Below are positions 17,404 to 29,991 of a DNA stretch of 64,000 nt, piece after piece. The translations under genes were made by a program, and so were the position numbers. The stretch comes from an uncultured Micavibrio sp. (GTDB lineage Bacteria > Pseudomonadota > Alphaproteobacteria > Micavibrionales > Micavibrionaceae). The notes under the pieces were generated by a model that saw only the letters and a program-made list of their open reading frames with translations, ran no database searches and was not told where the DNA came from. Numbering within the stretch: the stretch's first letter is position 1; each line of letters opens with the position of its first letter. The DNA is taken from assembly GCA_964633355.1 (NCBI GenBank), contig CAZWGO010000006.1, positions 23,255 through 87,254 of the forward strand, read 5' to 3'.

Positions 17404-19404
17404 ATGCCCAAATTAAAGATCAACGACACTGAAATCGAAGTCGCGCCCGGAACATCTGTTCTACAAGCCGCAGAAATACTCGGCTATGAGGTTCCGCGAT
17501 TTTGTTATCACGATAAATTAAGCGTTCCGGCGAATTGCCGCATGTGCCTGGTTGAAGTTAAAGGCGCACCGAAACCTGTGGCATCTTGCGCTATGGCATG
17601 TGGCGAAAATATGGAAGTCCTGACCGAATCCCCGATGGTCAAACGCGCGCGTAATGGCGTGATGGAAATGCTGTTGATCAATCACCCGCTCGATTGTCCG
17701 ATTTGCGATCAAGGCGGCGAATGCGATTTGCAGGATCAGGCGATGGGCTATGGCTATGACCGTTCGCGCTATCACGAAACAAAACGCGCCGTAAAAGACA
17801 AATATTTTGGTCCCTTGATTCAAACATTCATGACGCGGTGTATTCAATGCACGCGCTGTGTTCGTTTTGCCGATGAAATTGCCGGTGTATCCGATATCGG
17901 TTTGCTTAATCGCGGTGAAGATGTTGAAATTTCCACGATGGTCGAGAAAGCCATTGGCAGCGAATTGTCGGGTAATCTAATTGATGTTTGTCCGGTTGGA
18001 GCTTTGACATCCAAGCCTTATGCTTACCATGCGCGCCCTTGGGAATTGCGCAAAGTTGAAACCATTGATGTCATGGATGCTGTCGGTTCCAATATCCGCG
18101 TCGATGTGCGCGGTAATGAAGTGATGCGCGTATTGCCGCGTTTGCACGAAGGCGTAAATGAAGAATGGATTTCAGATAAAACACGTTTCTCATATGACGG
18201 TTTAAAAGCCCAGCGTCTGGACCAACCTTATGTTCGTGACAATGGTCGTTTACGTCCGGCCTCATGGGAAGAAGCTTTTGCGGTTGTGGCGTCGAAGTTA
18301 AAAGCGACGGCGAAAACACTTGGTGTTGTCGGCGAACTTTGCGCCGCCGAAGAAATGATCGCGCTGAAAGATTTACTAGGCGATGTCGATGGTGTCATGG
18401 GCATTCATATAGATGTGTCAAACCGCGCAGGATATTTATTCAATTCAGGTATTGTCGGTATCGAACAAGCCGATGCGATTTTGCTGGTCGGTACCAATCC
18501 GCGTATTGAGGCCGCGATGGTCAATGCTCGTATTCGTAAAACATGGCTGGCCAACCGCATTAAAGTTGGCGTGATTGGTGAGCAGGCGGATTTAACTTAT
18601 CCGACTACCTATATCGGCGCAGGTCCGGACTCCTTAAAGGAATTGGTTGCGGGTAAGCATAGTTTTGCCGATGTTTTGAAGAATGCAAAAAATCCGATGA
18701 TCATTATCGGGACGGGCGCTTTCCGCCGCGAAGATGGATTGGCTATTCAATCGCTGGCACGCGATGCGGCTGAAACTTTCGGTATGGTAAAAGACGGATG
18801 GAACGGCTTTAACGTCCTTCATGTTCATGCCGCGCAAGTTACGGCGCTTGATCTGGGCATGGCCTCGGAAAAAGAAATTTCCGAGCAGGAAGTTGTCTAT
18901 CTTTTGAATGTCGACTCAGAAAAAGTGAACGCGCAGATTTCTCCTTCCGCTTTTGTAGTATATCAAGGCCATCACGGCGATATCGGCGCTATGCGTGCGG
19001 ATGTGATTTTGCCCGGCTCTGCCTATACTGAAAAAGACGGATTGTATGTGAACACCGAAGGCCGCGTTCAGATGGGGAAAAAAGCTACATCCGCCCCGGG
19101 CGAGGCAAAAGAAGACTGGAAAATCCTTCGCGCGCTCTCTGCCGAAATTGGCAAGCCATTGCCGTATGACAATATGTATCAATTGCGTCAGCGCCTCGTG
19201 AAAGAGTTCTCCACCTTTTCCAAGATCGACGTCGTCGAGCCGGCGGAATGGGGTTTCTTTGGTAAGGCAGGTGCTGTCAATTCCACGCCGTTCAGTTCGG
19301 CGATAAAAAATTTCTACATGACAAATGTGATTACCCGCGCCTCGCAAACGATGGCGAAATCTGCAGATGTATTTCTAAATAAGATCGTTGAGGCTGCCGA
19401 ATGA
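17404..19404 (+). CDS. nuoG: NADH-quinone oxidoreductase subunit G
   Basis: 666 aa with a 2Fe-2S N-terminus ([19 protein letters not shown]) and 4Fe-4S motifs [18 protein letters not shown] and [10 protein letters not shown]. Confidence 0.97.
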   Translation: MPKLKINDTEIEVAPGTSVLQAAEILGYEVPRFCYHDKLSVPANCRMCLVEVKGAPKPVASCAMACGENMEVLTESPMVKRARNGVMEMLLINHPLDCPICDQGGECDLQDQAMGYGYDRSRYHETKRAVKDKYFGPLIQTFMTRCIQCTRCVRFADEIAGVSDIGLLNRGEDVEISTMVEKAIGSELSGNLIDVCPVGALTSKPYAYHARPWELRKVETIDVMDAVGSNIRVDVRGNEVMRVLPRLHEGVNEEWISDKTRFSYDGLKAQRLDQPYVRDNGRLRPASWEEAFAVVASKLKATAKTLGVVGELCAAEEMIALKDLLGDVDGVMGIHIDVSNRAGYLFNSGIVGIEQADAILLVGTNPRIEAAMVNARIRKTWLANRIKVGVIGEQADLTYPTTYIGAGPDSLKELVAGKHSFADVLKNAKNPMIIIGTGAFRREDGLAIQSLARDAAETFGMVKDGWNGFNVLHVHAAQVTALDLGMASEKEISEQEVVYLLNVDSEKVNAQISPSAFVVYQGHHGDIGAMRADVILPGSAYTEKDGLYVNTEGRVQMGKKATSAPGEAKEDWKILRALSAEIGKPLPYDNMYQLRQRLVKEFSTFSKIDVVEPAEWGFFGKAGAVNSTPFSSAIKNFYMTNVITRASQTMAKSADVFLNKIVEAAE

Positions 19405-20450
19405 TTTTGGAACTCTGGAATACATACGGCGAAGAAACTTTATGGATGCTCCTGCATATGGGCATCTTGCTGCTCGTCGTTCTTTTATCTGTCGCGTATT
19501 TAATTTTCTTCGAGCGTAAAGTCTTGGGCGCGTTACAACGTCGCCAAGGACCGATGACCGTAGGACCTTTCGGCCTGTTCCAGTCATTTGCCGATGCGCT
19601 GAAGCTGATGACCAAGGAAAACATCATTCCTGCACAGGCGAACCGCATCGTCTTTATGATCGCGCCAATTCTGACCATGATTTTGGCGATGGTTGCGTGG
19701 GCGGTTATTCCCGTCAGTGCCGATTGGGTTGTCGCCAATATCAATGTCGGTGTTTTGTATCTTTTTGCCGTATCATCGATGGGCGTTTACGGTGTGATGA
19801 TGGCCGGATGGGCATCGAACTCCAAATACGCATTCCTCGGCGGTCTCCGCAGCGCATCTCAAATGGTTTCTTATGAAGTTTCCATGGGATTGGTGATCGT
19901 AACCGTTATCCTGTCTGTCGGTTCGATGAATCTGACGGATATCGTGACTGTCAATCGTCCGTTCTGGGTCGATGTCATGCTTTTCCCGATGTTCATTATT
20001 TTCCTCGTCTCTATTTTGGCGGAAACCAACCGTTCGCCGTTCGATTTGCCGGAAGGTGAATCTGAGCTTTCCGGTGGTTTCATGGTCGAATATTCGGCGA
20101 TGACGTTCGGTCTATTCTTCCTCGGTGAATACGCCAACATGATTTTGATGTCGGCGATTACGGCGATCCTGTTTATGGGCGGATGGCTGCCGCCATTTGA
20201 GATCGCGGCTTTGGCGGTTATTCCCGGCGTGATCTGGTTTATCCTGAAAGTCTGTTTGATCCTGTTCTTCTTTATATGGGTACGCGGGACTTTCCCGAGA
20301 TACCGCTACGACCAGTTAATGCGTTTGGGCTGGAAAGTGTTCCTGCCGTTCTCGCTGATCTGGGTATTGATTGTGGCCGGTGCATTGATCTATTTCGATG
20401 CGCTGCCCGGCATGAAGCCTGAACCGGAAATAATGTTAGGTTTGCAATAA
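19401..20450 (+). CDS. nuoH: NADH-quinone oxidoreductase subunit H
   Basis: 349 aa and polytopic, with [14 protein letters not shown] and [17 protein letters not shown]. 4-nt overlap with nuoG. Confidence 0.97.
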   Translation: MILELWNTYGEETLWMLLHMGILLLVVLLSVAYLIFFERKVLGALQRRQGPMTVGPFGLFQSFADALKLMTKENIIPAQANRIVFMIAPILTMILAMVAWAVIPVSADWVVANINVGVLYLFAVSSMGVYGVMMAGWASNSKYAFLGGLRSASQMVSYEVSMGLVIVTVILSVGSMNLTDIVTVNRPFWVDVMLFPMFIIFLVSILAETNRSPFDLPEGESELSGGFMVEYSAMTFGLFFLGEYANMILMSAITAILFMGGWLPPFEIAALAVIPGVIWFILKVCLILFFFIWVRGTFPRYRYDQLMRLGWKVFLPFSLIWVLIVAGALIYFDALPGMKPEPEIMLGLQ

Positions 20451-20938
20451 TGAAAATTAAAACCGTCCTTCAATCCTTTCTTCTGGCCGAAATCGTCAAA
20501 GGTATGCTTTTGACGCTGAAATATATTTTCTTCATGCCGAAAGTGACGATCAACTATCCTTATGAACGCGGACCTCTTTCAACCCGTTTTCGCGGCGAGC
20601 ATGCTTTGCGCCGTTACCCGAATGGCGAGGAAAGATGTATAGCCTGTAAACTTTGCGAGGCGGTTTGTCCGGCCCTTGCCATCACCATTGAAGCTGAACC
20701 TCGCGCCGACGGTTCACGGCGTACGACACGGTACGATATCGACATGACCAAATGTATTTACTGCGGCCTTTGTCAGGAAGCCTGCCCGGTCGATTCCATC
20801 GTCGAAGGGCCTAATCTGGAATTTGCCACGGAAACCCGCGAAGAGCTTTACTATAATAAAGAAAAGCTTCTTTTGAACGGCGATCGATGGGAAGCGCAAA
20901 TCGCCCGCAACCTCGCCAAAGACGCGCCTTACAGATAA
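20450..20938 (+). CDS. nuoI: NADH-quinone oxidoreductase subunit I
   Basis: Two 4Fe-4S ferredoxin motifs, [12 protein letters not shown] and [12 protein letters not shown]. Confidence 0.97.
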   Translation: MKIKTVLQSFLLAEIVKGMLLTLKYIFFMPKVTINYPYERGPLSTRFRGEHALRRYPNGEERCIACKLCEAVCPALAITIEAEPRADGSRRTTRYDIDMTKCIYCGLCQEACPVDSIVEGPNLEFATETREELYYNKEKLLLNGDRWEAQIARNLAKDAPYR

Positions 20939-20948
20939 GAGAGAGAAT

Positions 20949-21566
20949 ATGATAAGCGCCATTGCCTTTTATCTTTTTGCCGCCGTGCTGGTTTTCAGCG
21001 CGATCATGGTTATTACCGCCCGCAACCCCGTTCACTCGGTATTGTTCCTGATCCTCGCGTTTTTCAACGCGGCGGGATTATTCGTTCTGCTTGGCGCCGA
21101 ATTTATCGCGATGATTTTGGTGATCGTTTATGTCGGCGCGGTGGCTGTCTTGTTTATGTTCGTCGTGATGATGCTCGATATTAGCTTTGCCGATTTGCGA
21201 AAAGGCGCCATGCAGTTTATTCCTCTCGGCCTTGCCATTGGCGGTATTTTGCTGGTCGAATTATTTACCCTCTACACATCATGGGATTTCGCACCGCAGG
21301 CCATCAATAACACGGATGTCGCCGCAATTGCCGGACAAGGAGACACTAATACGGAAGCTTTGGGTAAAATCCTGTATACCGACTATGTATTTCCGTTTCA
21401 GGTATCAGGCCTTATTCTTCTTGTGTCCATGATCGGGGCGATTGTTCTGACTCATCGCCGCCGCGCCGATGTATTACGCCAGAAAGTTGGCGATCAGGTG
21501 GAGCGTACGCAAAGTCAGTCCATGGAAATTAAACAAGTTAAAGTCGGCGCAGGAGTTGACGTATGA
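20949..21566 (+). CDS. nuoJ: NADH-quinone oxidoreductase subunit J
   Basis: 205 aa membrane protein with [11 protein letters not shown] and [17 protein letters not shown]. Confidence 0.93.
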   Translation: MISAIAFYLFAAVLVFSAIMVITARNPVHSVLFLILAFFNAAGLFVLLGAEFIAMILVIVYVGAVAVLFMFVVMMLDISFADLRKGAMQFIPLGLAIGGILLVELFTLYTSWDFAPQAINNTDVAAIAGQGDTNTEALGKILYTDYVFPFQVSGLILLVSMIGAIVLTHRRRADVLRQKVGDQVERTQSQSMEIKQVKVGAGVDV

Positions 21567-21871
21567 CCATCGGTTTAACGCATTATCTTATATTGGCTGG
21601 ATTATTGTTTACGCTCGGCGTGTTTGGCATGTTCCTGAATCGTAAAAATGTGATTGTCATCCTTATGTCGATTGAGTTGATGCTCCTTGCGGTCAACATC
21701 AACTTTGTTGCGTTTTCGACTTTTTTAAACGATTTGGCGGGGCAGGTATTCACCATGTTTATCCTGACCGTTGCCGCCGCCGAGGCCGCGATCGGTCTTG
21801 CGATCCTCGTCGTTTTCTTCCGTAACAAGGGCACGATTGCCGTTGAAGATATTGCAGAGTTAAAAGGTTAA
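21563..21871 (+). CDS. nuoK: NADH-quinone oxidoreductase subunit K
   Basis: 102 aa with three TM segments and [12 protein letters not shown]...[13 protein letters not shown]. Confidence 0.95.
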   Translation: MTIGLTHYLILAGLLFTLGVFGMFLNRKNVIVILMSIELMLLAVNINFVAFSTFLNDLAGQVFTMFILTVAAAEAAIGLAILVVFFRNKGTIAVEDIAELKG

Positions 21872-21874
21872 TTT

Positions 21875-23812
21875 ATGGAATATTTTGCAGTCTTCCCATC
21901 GCTCATTGCCTTTATCATTGTCGGCTTGTTCGGCAAGAAACTCGGTGACCTGTCATCGCAACTGATTACATGCGCCGGTGTTATTCTGGCGGCGGTCGTA
22001 TCCGTTATTTTATTTAATGACGTTGCGCTTCACCATGCACCGCATACGGTCGAGCTGATGACATGGATTGCCTCCGGCGACTTCAAAGTGTCGTGGAGCT
22101 TACGGATCGATCAACTCGCCGTTGTCATGATGTGCGTTATCAACATCGTTTCGGCCTGTGTTCATGTTTATTCTGTCGGCTACATGTCGCATGACGAGCA
22201 TAAACCACGTTTTATGGCTTATCTTTCTCTGTTTACTTTTGCCATGTTGATGCTGGTCACGTCTGATAATCTGCTCCAGCTTTTCTTCGGCTGGGAAGGG
22301 GTCGGTTTGGCGTCATACCTTTTGATCGGTTTCTGGTATAAAAAACCGTCCGCCAATGCGGCGTCGATGAAAGCCTTTATCGTTAACCGCGTCGGCGATT
22401 TAGGTTTGACGCTCGGTATCATGGCGGCGTTTGTTGTGTTCGGCACGATCCAGTTTGACGGTATTTTTGACAATGCTTCGGCTAAAACTGGTGAGATGTT
22501 CAACTTCTTCGGCTTTAACGTTCATGCACTGACACTCATCTGCCTTCTATTGTTCGTCGGCGCGGTTGGTAAATCGGCGCAATTGGGTTTGCACACATGG
22601 CTGCCGGACGCGATGGAAGGCCCGACACCTGTATCGGCCCTGATCCACGCGGCGACAATGGTCACGGCGGGCGTTTTCCTTGTCACAAGATTTTCACCGG
22701 TTTTCGAATATGCGCCGGATGCCTTGATGGTCGTTTGCTTCCTCGGGGCTTTGACGGCAATCGTTGCTGCCACCATCGGCATGACGCAATTCGATATCAA
22801 GCGTGTCATTGCCTATTCGACGATGTCACAGCTCGGCTACATGTTCTTCGCGCTCGGCGTTTCCGCTTATCCGGCGGCGATGTTCCACTTGATGACGCAC
22901 GCCTTTTTCAAAGCATTGCTTTTCCTTGGTGCAGGGTCCGTTATTCACGCCATGTCCAATGAACAGGACATGCGCAAAATGGGCGGTATATGGAAGATGA
23001 TCCCTGTGACCTATACATTAATGTGGATCGGTTCGCTGGCTCTGGCGGGTATCATTCCATTCGCCGGTTATTATTCCAAGGATATGATTTTGGAAGCGGC
23101 ATGGGCCTCGGGGTCTAATGTCGGTCATTTTGCTTACTGGATCGGAATTGTCGCCGCGCTTTTGACGGCTTTCTATTCATGGCGTTTGATTATCATGACC
23201 TTCCACGGTAAACCACGGACCGACCATCACACGATGGATCATGTCCATGAATCTCCGGCCGTGATGCTGATACCTCTCTTCGTTCTGGCGACAGGCGCTT
23301 TATTCGCTGGTTACTTCTTTTATGATAATTTCGTCGGCCACCACATGGCGGAATTCTGGGGCAAGAGTATCTTTGTTCTTGAAGAAAATAATTCCGTCGA
23401 AAAAGCCCACCATGTGGCGGCATGGGTTAAATATCTGCCGCTCGGTATTGGTGCGCTTGGTATTCTTCTGGGTTATGTCGCTTATCTTTTTGTACCCGGA
23501 ATTCCTGCGAAGACGGTTTCGCTATTCAGGCCTATCCATACTTTATTTTATCGCAAATGGTTCTTTGACGAGATTTACAATTTCGTCTTTGTCAAAGGCT
23601 CGCTCGCCCTCGGCAATTTTTTCTGGAAGCGCGGCGATCAGGATACGATTGATCAATTCGGACCCAATGGGATTGCGTCGGTTTCGCGCAAATTCGGCGG
23701 ATTGCTCAGCCGTTTCCAGAGCGGTTATGTTTTCCAGTATGCTTTCGTCATGATCATCGGGGTATTTATCCTGGTGACATGGTTCGCGCTAAAATTCAGG
23801 ATTTTTAACTAA
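21875..23812 (+). CDS. nuoL: NADH-quinone oxidoreductase subunit L
   Basis: 645 aa antiporter-like subunit with [17 protein letters not shown] and [22 protein letters not shown]. Confidence 0.97.
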   Translation: MEYFAVFPSLIAFIIVGLFGKKLGDLSSQLITCAGVILAAVVSVILFNDVALHHAPHTVELMTWIASGDFKVSWSLRIDQLAVVMMCVINIVSACVHVYSVGYMSHDEHKPRFMAYLSLFTFAMLMLVTSDNLLQLFFGWEGVGLASYLLIGFWYKKPSANAASMKAFIVNRVGDLGLTLGIMAAFVVFGTIQFDGIFDNASAKTGEMFNFFGFNVHALTLICLLLFVGAVGKSAQLGLHTWLPDAMEGPTPVSALIHAATMVTAGVFLVTRFSPVFEYAPDALMVVCFLGALTAIVAATIGMTQFDIKRVIAYSTMSQLGYMFFALGVSAYPAAMFHLMTHAFFKALLFLGAGSVIHAMSNEQDMRKMGGIWKMIPVTYTLMWIGSLALAGIIPFAGYYSKDMILEAAWASGSNVGHFAYWIGIVAALLTAFYSWRLIIMTFHGKPRTDHHTMDHVHESPAVMLIPLFVLATGALFAGYFFYDNFVGHHMAEFWGKSIFVLEENNSVEKAHHVAAWVKYLPLGIGALGILLGYVAYLFVPGIPAKTVSLFRPIHTLFYRKWFFDEIYNFVFVKGSLALGNFFWKRGDQDTIDQFGPNGIASVSRKFGGLLSRFQSGYVFQYAFVMIIGVFILVTWFALKFRIFN

Positions 23813-25371
23813 TGATCGATTTTCCTTTACTCTCACTCCTGACTTTCCTGCCACTCCTCGGCGCCTTCCTGATAGCGATGCTGCGCGGGCCGGAAGAAGC
23901 GGTGGCGAAGAACGCAAAATATTCCGCGCTCTTTACCTCGACGCTTGTGTTTATCTTCTCTCTTTTACTGCTGAAAAATTTCGATCCGGCTACAGCGGAT
24001 TTCCAATTCGTTGAAAAATTCGAATGGTTTCCAACGCTCGGCATTTCCTATCATATGGGTGTTGATGGGATTTCATTGTTCTTCGTCGTCCTCTCGGCTT
24101 TCCTGACACCGATTTGCGTACTGGCCAGCTGGAACTCGATCAAAACCCGCTCTAAAGAATATATGATCGCGTTCCTTGTCCTTGAAACGATGATGATCGG
24201 AACTTTTTCATCGCTCGACGCCATTCTTTTCTATGTTTTCTTTGAAGCCGTTTTGATCCCGATGTTTATCATTATTGGTGTATGGGGTGGGCAACGTCGC
24301 GTCTATGCCGCGTTTAAGTTTTTCCTCTACACATTGCTCGGGTCCGTCTTGATGCTAGTCGCGTTACTGGCCATGTATATTCAGGCAGGCACGACCGATA
24401 TTCCAACATTGATGGAAACCGCGTTTTCGCCAAGCATGCAAAAATGGTTGTGGCTGGCGTTCTTTGCCAGCTTTGCCGTCAAGATGCCAATGTGGCCGGT
24501 TCATACATGGCTGCCGGATGCGCACGTTGAAGCGCCGACCGCAGGTTCCGTTATTCTTGCCGGTGTCCTTTTGAAAATGGGAGGCTATGGTTTTCTTCGG
24601 TTCTCGCTGCCGATGCTGCCGGATGCTACGCAATATTTCATTCCGCTGGTTTTCGGCATGAGCGTGATTGCCATTATCTATACGTCTCTGGTCGCGCTCG
24701 TTCAAAAAGACATGAAAAAACTGATCGCTTATTCATCGGTCGCTCATATGGGGTTTGTGACGCTCGGCATTTTCACCCTCAATCGCCAAGGTATCGATGG
24801 CGCAATCTTCCAGATGATTTCTCATGGTATCGTTTCTGCCGCATTATTCCTTTGCGTCGGTGTTGTCTATGACCGTTTGCATACACGCGATATCGATAAA
24901 TACGGCGGTATCGCCAAAAACATGCCGGTTTACGCGACCGTCTTTATGATCTTTATGCTCGGCTCGGTCGGATTGCCGGGAACGTCGGGTTTTGTCGGGG
25001 AATTCTTGTCGCTGCTCGGTGCGTTTAAAGTCAATACGATGGTCGCGACATTTGCCGCCAGCGGTGTCGTGCTTGGCGCGGCTTATATGTTGCATCTCTA
25101 CAGAAAAATCGCGTTCGGTCCGCAGACCAACCCCGAAGCTGCCGGTATGAATGATCTGAACAAACGCGAATTCTTTTACTTTGTGCCGCTTGTCATCATC
25201 GTTCTCTGGCTCGGTGTTGCGCCATCCTATGTATTAGATCGCACAGGGCCATCGGTTGAAAAACTGATTGCGCAATATAATGCCAAACTGACATCGACAA
25301 CAGCGGAGACTCCGCCAATGCCGACTGCGGCTCCATCTGAAACGCCATCGAATACAGGCGAGGTAGAATAA
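23812..25371 (+). CDS. nuoM: NADH-quinone oxidoreductase subunit M
   Basis: 519 aa with [25 protein letters not shown], plus a low-complexity Thr/Pro/Ala C-terminal tail. Confidence 0.96.
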   Translation: MIDFPLLSLLTFLPLLGAFLIAMLRGPEEAVAKNAKYSALFTSTLVFIFSLLLLKNFDPATADFQFVEKFEWFPTLGISYHMGVDGISLFFVVLSAFLTPICVLASWNSIKTRSKEYMIAFLVLETMMIGTFSSLDAILFYVFFEAVLIPMFIIIGVWGGQRRVYAAFKFFLYTLLGSVLMLVALLAMYIQAGTTDIPTLMETAFSPSMQKWLWLAFFASFAVKMPMWPVHTWLPDAHVEAPTAGSVILAGVLLKMGGYGFLRFSLPMLPDATQYFIPLVFGMSVIAIIYTSLVALVQKDMKKLIAYSSVAHMGFVTLGIFTLNRQGIDGAIFQMISHGIVSAALFLCVGVVYDRLHTRDIDKYGGIAKNMPVYATVFMIFMLGSVGLPGTSGFVGEFLSLLGAFKVNTMVATFAASGVVLGAAYMLHLYRKIAFGPQTNPEAAGMNDLNKREFFYFVPLVIIVLWLGVAPSYVLDRTGPSVEKLIAQYNAKLTSTTAETPPMPTAAPSETPSNTGEVE

Positions 25372-25373
25372 TA

Positions 25374-26825
25374 ATGACCAGCGGACTTCACATCGCTTTC
25401 CAATCCCTGATGCCGGAAATCTTCTTATCTGTATCGGCGCTTCTTTTGCTCGTCTTCGGTGTCTTTAAAGGCAACGGCTCGACGATTAAGGTTTTGTGGT
25501 TAACCGTTGCCGCAATTATAGTCGGTGGTGTTTTAATCGCGACAGGGTCTTCGGATCAGGTCTTGCTACTCAATGACATGGTGATCGTTGACCGTTTTTC
25601 CTATGTCCTGAAATGTATCATTGCGGTCGGTTTGATCGCGTCGCTGATCCTCTCCGCCGGATCGCTGCATGATAACAAGCTTTATCGCTTTGAATATTCG
25701 ATCCTGATTTTGCTATCCGGTATCGGCATGATGCTGATGGTGTCGGCTCATAATCTTTTGTCGCTATATGTCTCGCTCGAATTATCATCGCTTTGTCTTT
25801 ATGTACTGGCGGCGATCAAGCGCGACGATCTGAAATCATCGGAAGCGGGCATTAAATATTTCGTACTCGGTGCATTGTCATCCGGTCTGTTGTTGTTCGG
25901 TTCGTCTTTAATTTATGGCTATACGGGCAGCCTTGATTTCAACCTGATCGGTGGAACGATCGAACAGAACAAGGTCAATATGGCGCCGGGCGTGATCGTC
26001 GGCATGGTGTTCATTCTCACCGGACTTTCATTTAAAGTATCGGCAGTGCCGTTCCATATGTGGGCGCCGGATGTGTATCAAGGCGCACCGACACCTGTCA
26101 CGGCTTTATTCGCTATTGTTACCAAAATCGCGGCAATGGGTCTTTTGATCCGACTTCTGACCGGTCCGTTTGCGGGCGCGATGCCGCAATGGTCGCAGAT
26201 TATCATCTTTGTATCTCTGGCGTCTGTCTTGCTCGGTTCGCTGGCTGGACTAGTGCAGGAAAATATCAAACGCCTTCTGGCTTACAGCTCGATCGGGAAT
26301 ATGGGCTTTGCCCTGATCGGTCTTCTGGCCGGCACGCCGGAAGGTATCGCGAGTGTCCTTATTTATCTGACTCTTTATATGATTATGACGGCAGGGACAT
26401 TCGGCATCGTCATGAATATGCGCAAAAACGGACAGGCGGTTGAAAATATTTCTGACCTTGCAGGGCTTTCGAAATCATCTCCCGCTTTGGCGTATTCGTT
26501 GGCTGCTTTGATGTTCTCGATGAGCGGTATTCCACCGCTTGCCGGTTTCTTTAGTAAATTATTCGTGTTTCAGGCGGCTGTCGCCGAGGGATATTATACG
26601 GTCGCGGTCATCGGCGTTCTGGCATCGGTTATCGGCGCTTATTATTATTTGCGGATTATCAAAGTCATGTTCTTCGATAAATCAGAAGAGAAGTTCGACG
26701 CGAATGTTTATACCAGCCGCAGCGCTGTAATTTTCGTTTCAGTCCTTTTAACGGTTTTATTTATTCTTGCGCCGAATGAGCTTTTGACGTTCTCGACACA
26801 GGCCGCTCAGTCTTTATTTGAATAA
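25374..26825 (+). CDS. nuoN: NADH-quinone oxidoreductase subunit N
   Basis: 483 aa with PFHMWAPDVYQGAPTPVTALF. Confidence 0.96.
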   Translation: MTSGLHIAFQSLMPEIFLSVSALLLLVFGVFKGNGSTIKVLWLTVAAIIVGGVLIATGSSDQVLLLNDMVIVDRFSYVLKCIIAVGLIASLILSAGSLHDNKLYRFEYSILILLSGIGMMLMVSAHNLLSLYVSLELSSLCLYVLAAIKRDDLKSSEAGIKYFVLGALSSGLLLFGSSLIYGYTGSLDFNLIGGTIEQNKVNMAPGVIVGMVFILTGLSFKVSAVPFHMWAPDVYQGAPTPVTALFAIVTKIAAMGLLIRLLTGPFAGAMPQWSQIIIFVSLASVLLGSLAGLVQENIKRLLAYSSIGNMGFALIGLLAGTPEGIASVLIYLTLYMIMTAGTFGIVMNMRKNGQAVENISDLAGLSKSSPALAYSLAALMFSMSGIPPLAGFFSKLFVFQAAVAEGYYTVAVIGVLASVIGAYYYLRIIKVMFFDKSEEKFDANVYTSRSAVIFVSVLLTVLFILAPNELLTFSTQAAQSLFE

Positions 26826-27541
26826 TGACTATCGACTGGCAGATCGAGGTTTTTGAAACTCTGCCAAGTACCATGGATGTTTTGCGCGAGCGTGCTGAAA
26901 CTGGCGCAGTCGAAGGTCTGGTTGTTCAGACCTTCGACCAAACGAATGGTATCGGGCGGCATGGCAATGTCTGGACCGGATTATCAGGTAATATCTTTTC
27001 TTCTATTTTAATTCGCAATATAGATTTAAAGGATGTCGGGCATTATTCTTTCGTAATAGCTATTGCACTGGCCGAAGCGACCATCCCTTTACTTAAAAGC
27101 GGTCATCGTTATATGCATAAATGGCCCAATGACGGGATGATCGATGGGCAGAAGTTTGCCGGAATTTTGCTGCAAACTGGTGGAGATTTTCTCAATATTG
27201 GTGTCGGCATCAATCTGGCCTCTGCGCCGGACGGCAAGGTTGCTTTAAATGACAAGACCTTCGAGAAGCAAGACAGGGATATTTTTCTACGCCGGTTTCT
27301 TGAAAAGCTAGGGGCGGCAATTGAATTATACCGTGGGCAGGGATTTGCGCCGATCCGCAGCAAATGGCTCGAAAACGCCCAAGGGCTTGAAATGCCTATT
27401 CAGGCACGGCTTCCGGACGAGACCTTGACGGGTATTTTCAAAGGGCTGGACGAGAGCGGGGCGTTGATACTAGGGCTGGATAATGGCGGGCAAAGAGTGA
27501 TACATTCCGGCGAAGTATTTTTTGGAAAAGATATAAGATAA
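26825..27541 (+). CDS. birA: biotin-[acetyl-CoA-carboxylase] ligase (group I, no HTH domain)
   Basis: 238 aa with TLPSTMD...QTNGIGRHGNVW and KWPNDGMIDGQKFAGILL. Confidence 0.88.
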   Translation: MTIDWQIEVFETLPSTMDVLRERAETGAVEGLVVQTFDQTNGIGRHGNVWTGLSGNIFSSILIRNIDLKDVGHYSFVIAIALAEATIPLLKSGHRYMHKWPNDGMIDGQKFAGILLQTGGDFLNIGVGINLASAPDGKVALNDKTFEKQDRDIFLRRFLEKLGAAIELYRGQGFAPIRSKWLENAQGLEMPIQARLPDETLTGIFKGLDESGALILGLDNGGQRVIHSGEVFFGKDIR

Positions 27542-28314
27542 TGCTGCTTGCCATCGACGCTGGAAACACAGATATCAAATTCGCCGTATTCGACGGCAAG
27601 AAAAGTAAGGCTATCTGGCGCATCAAAACCGATGCAGCCCGGACATCCGACGAATATGTCGTCTTTTTGGCCAAATTATTCGAACTTTCAAAACTGAAAT
27701 TTTCAGACATTAAAGATTGTATCGTCAGCTCGGTCGTACCGGATGCAAATTTCCAATTACGTCTGATGTGTCACTCGGCATTTAAAATACGCCCGAGTTT
27801 TCTTGGGAAGGAAATCAAGAAATTCGATTTGAAGATAAGGCTGGATAAGCCGGAAGAAATCGGCGCCGACCGGATCGCCAATGCGGTGAGTGCCAAAACT
27901 TATTATCAGGCACCGGCCATTGTGGTCGGTTTTGGGACAGCTACGACATTCGATGTCATTGACAAAGATGGCGCGTATTGCGGCGGAGCGATTGCGCCGG
28001 GCGTGAACCTGTCATTAAACGCTTTACACATGGCTGCTGCAAAATTGCCGAAGGTCAGTATCAGCCGACCTGATTTAGCTATTGGTACCAACACGATCAG
28101 CGCCATGCAATCAGGAATTTACTGGGGCTATGTATCGTTGGCGTCTGGTATGATCGAACGATTGAAAGCGGAGATCAAAGGCAAACCGATTGTGATTGCC
28201 ACTGGCGGTCTTGCCCCGTTATTCAGGGGCGATATCCCCCTTATTGATAAAACAGACGAGGATTTGACTCTGAAAGGTCTTCTTGCCATTTATATGCGTT
28301 ATAAGCAGAAATAA
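27541..28314 (+). CDS. coaX: type III pantothenate kinase
   Basis: 257 aa with MLLAIDAGNTDIKFAVF, GADRIANAV, FGTATTFDV and ATGGLA. Confidence 0.93.
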   Translation: MLLAIDAGNTDIKFAVFDGKKSKAIWRIKTDAARTSDEYVVFLAKLFELSKLKFSDIKDCIVSSVVPDANFQLRLMCHSAFKIRPSFLGKEIKKFDLKIRLDKPEEIGADRIANAVSAKTYYQAPAIVVGFGTATTFDVIDKDGAYCGGAIAPGVNLSLNALHMAAAKLPKVSISRPDLAIGTNTISAMQSGIYWGYVSLASGMIERLKAEIKGKPIVIATGGLAPLFRGDIPLIDKTDEDLTLKGLLAIYMRYKQK

Positions 28315-28317
28315 GAA

Positions 28318-29991
28318 ATGAAGAAAAAAATAGAAAATTATAATGAAGGATTTCACTTCCTGCCGCTCGGCGGATCGGAAGAATTCGGTGTCAATTTTAA
28401 TTTATATGCCTGCGATGGAAAATGGTTGGCGTTCGATTGCGGTATCGGCTTTGCCGACCATCGGTATCCGAATGTCGATATCCTGTTGCCGGATCCTGAA
28501 TTCATCGAAGCGCGCCGCGATGATTTACTGGCTCTCGTTATTACGCATGCGCATGAAGACCATATTGGTGCCGTGCCGTATCTATGGCCGCGTTTAAAAT
28601 GTCCTATTTACTGTACGCCTTTTACGGCCAGTATTTTGCGCGACAAATTCAACGATTATCCGGATTGCAAGAAGGCGCAAATTATCGAGATCAAGGATAA
28701 TAGCCAATTGGAAATAGGTCCGTTTCATCTGCATTTCCATCAGGTGACGCACTCTATCCCGCAAGCAGTTGCAACGGTTATTGAAACCTCGTATGGTCGC
28801 GTCTTTCATAGCGGTGACTGGAATCTCGATCCTCATCCTGTGCTTGATAAACCGATTGATCCTGAAACGTTCAAGGCTATCGGTGATAAAGGCATTCTGG
28901 CTTATGTCGGCGATTCTACGAATGCGCCGGTGCCGGGCAGAAGCGGCAGTGAGATCGATGTTGAAAAAGGACTCGTTTCTGTTTTCAAGAATTGCAATGG
29001 ACGTATCGCAATCACGATCTTCGCCTCTAATATCGCGCGTATCAATAGCATCGTAAAAGCTGCGAAAGCATCGGGCCGCAGCACATGCATTATGGGCCGA
29101 TCGCTCCACCGCATGACATCGGCGGCGAAAACCAACGGCTATTTAAAAGACATCGATCAATTCGTGTCGGAAGACGATCTTGGTTATATCCCGACAGATA
29201 ATGTCGTAATGATTGTCACAGGATCGCAAGGCGAGTCGATGGCGGCGCTTGCCAGAATGGCGCGTGGTGAATGGCCGAAGATCAAACTCGGCGCAGGTGA
29301 TACGGTTATTTTCTCATCTCGTGCCATTCCGGGAAATGAAAAAGAAATCAACGATGTCAAAAATAATCTGACCGCCTCAAAAGTGCGTATTATCGATCCG
29401 GATAATGCCAGCCATAAAATTCATGTCTCTGGTCACCCTTATGCAGATGAAGTGCGGGATATGTTGTCATGGATCAAACCTCAGCATGTTATTCCGGTTC
29501 ACGGTGAACGTGTCATGCTGGAGGCGCAAGCTGAAATTGCACGAAGTCTGGGCGCTGAAACGATCATTCCAACAAATGGCGCAGTTATCAAACTTGGCCC
29601 CGGTCCGGTCAAAGTCATTGATCACGTCAAAACAGGATTACTGGCCGTCGAGCCGAACCGCATCGTCAGGTCAGATCACAAGGGGATTACCGAGCGCCGG
29701 AAATTACAGTTCAGCGGCGCCGTTCATATTTCTTTGGCGATGAATTCCAAATTCGACTTAATCATGGAGCCGCAGATCACTTTAATCGGCCTCATCGATC
29801 ATGACAGCGCCGAAAAACAGTTGATCGGTGAAGTTCGTCAAGAGGTCGAAGACGCGATTTACGATCTCAAAAACGAGAATATTTTTGATATCAAGAAGCA
29901 CGAGGAAGAGATCAGAATTTCTGTACGCCGGATGGTAAACCAGATTTTAGGAATAAAACCAAAGGTTTCTGTTCATATCTTAAAGGTTTAA
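28318..29991 (+). CDS. rnj: ribonuclease J (metallo-beta-lactamase / beta-CASP)
   Basis: 557 aa with ITHAHEDHIGAVPYLW, DSTNA and HVSGHPYADE. Confidence 0.9.
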   Translation: MKKKIENYNEGFHFLPLGGSEEFGVNFNLYACDGKWLAFDCGIGFADHRYPNVDILLPDPEFIEARRDDLLALVITHAHEDHIGAVPYLWPRLKCPIYCTPFTASILRDKFNDYPDCKKAQIIEIKDNSQLEIGPFHLHFHQVTHSIPQAVATVIETSYGRVFHSGDWNLDPHPVLDKPIDPETFKAIGDKGILAYVGDSTNAPVPGRSGSEIDVEKGLVSVFKNCNGRIAITIFASNIARINSIVKAAKASGRSTCIMGRSLHRMTSAAKTNGYLKDIDQFVSEDDLGYIPTDNVVMIVTGSQGESMAALARMARGEWPKIKLGAGDTVIFSSRAIPGNEKEINDVKNNLTASKVRIIDPDNASHKIHVSGHPYADEVRDMLSWIKPQHVIPVHGERVMLEAQAEIARSLGAETIIPTNGAVIKLGPGPVKVIDHVKTGLLAVEPNRIVRSDHKGITERRKLQFSGAVHISLAMNSKFDLIMEPQITLIGLIDHDSAEKQLIGEVRQEVEDAIYDLKNENIFDIKKHEEEIRISVRRMVNQILGIKPKVSVHILKV

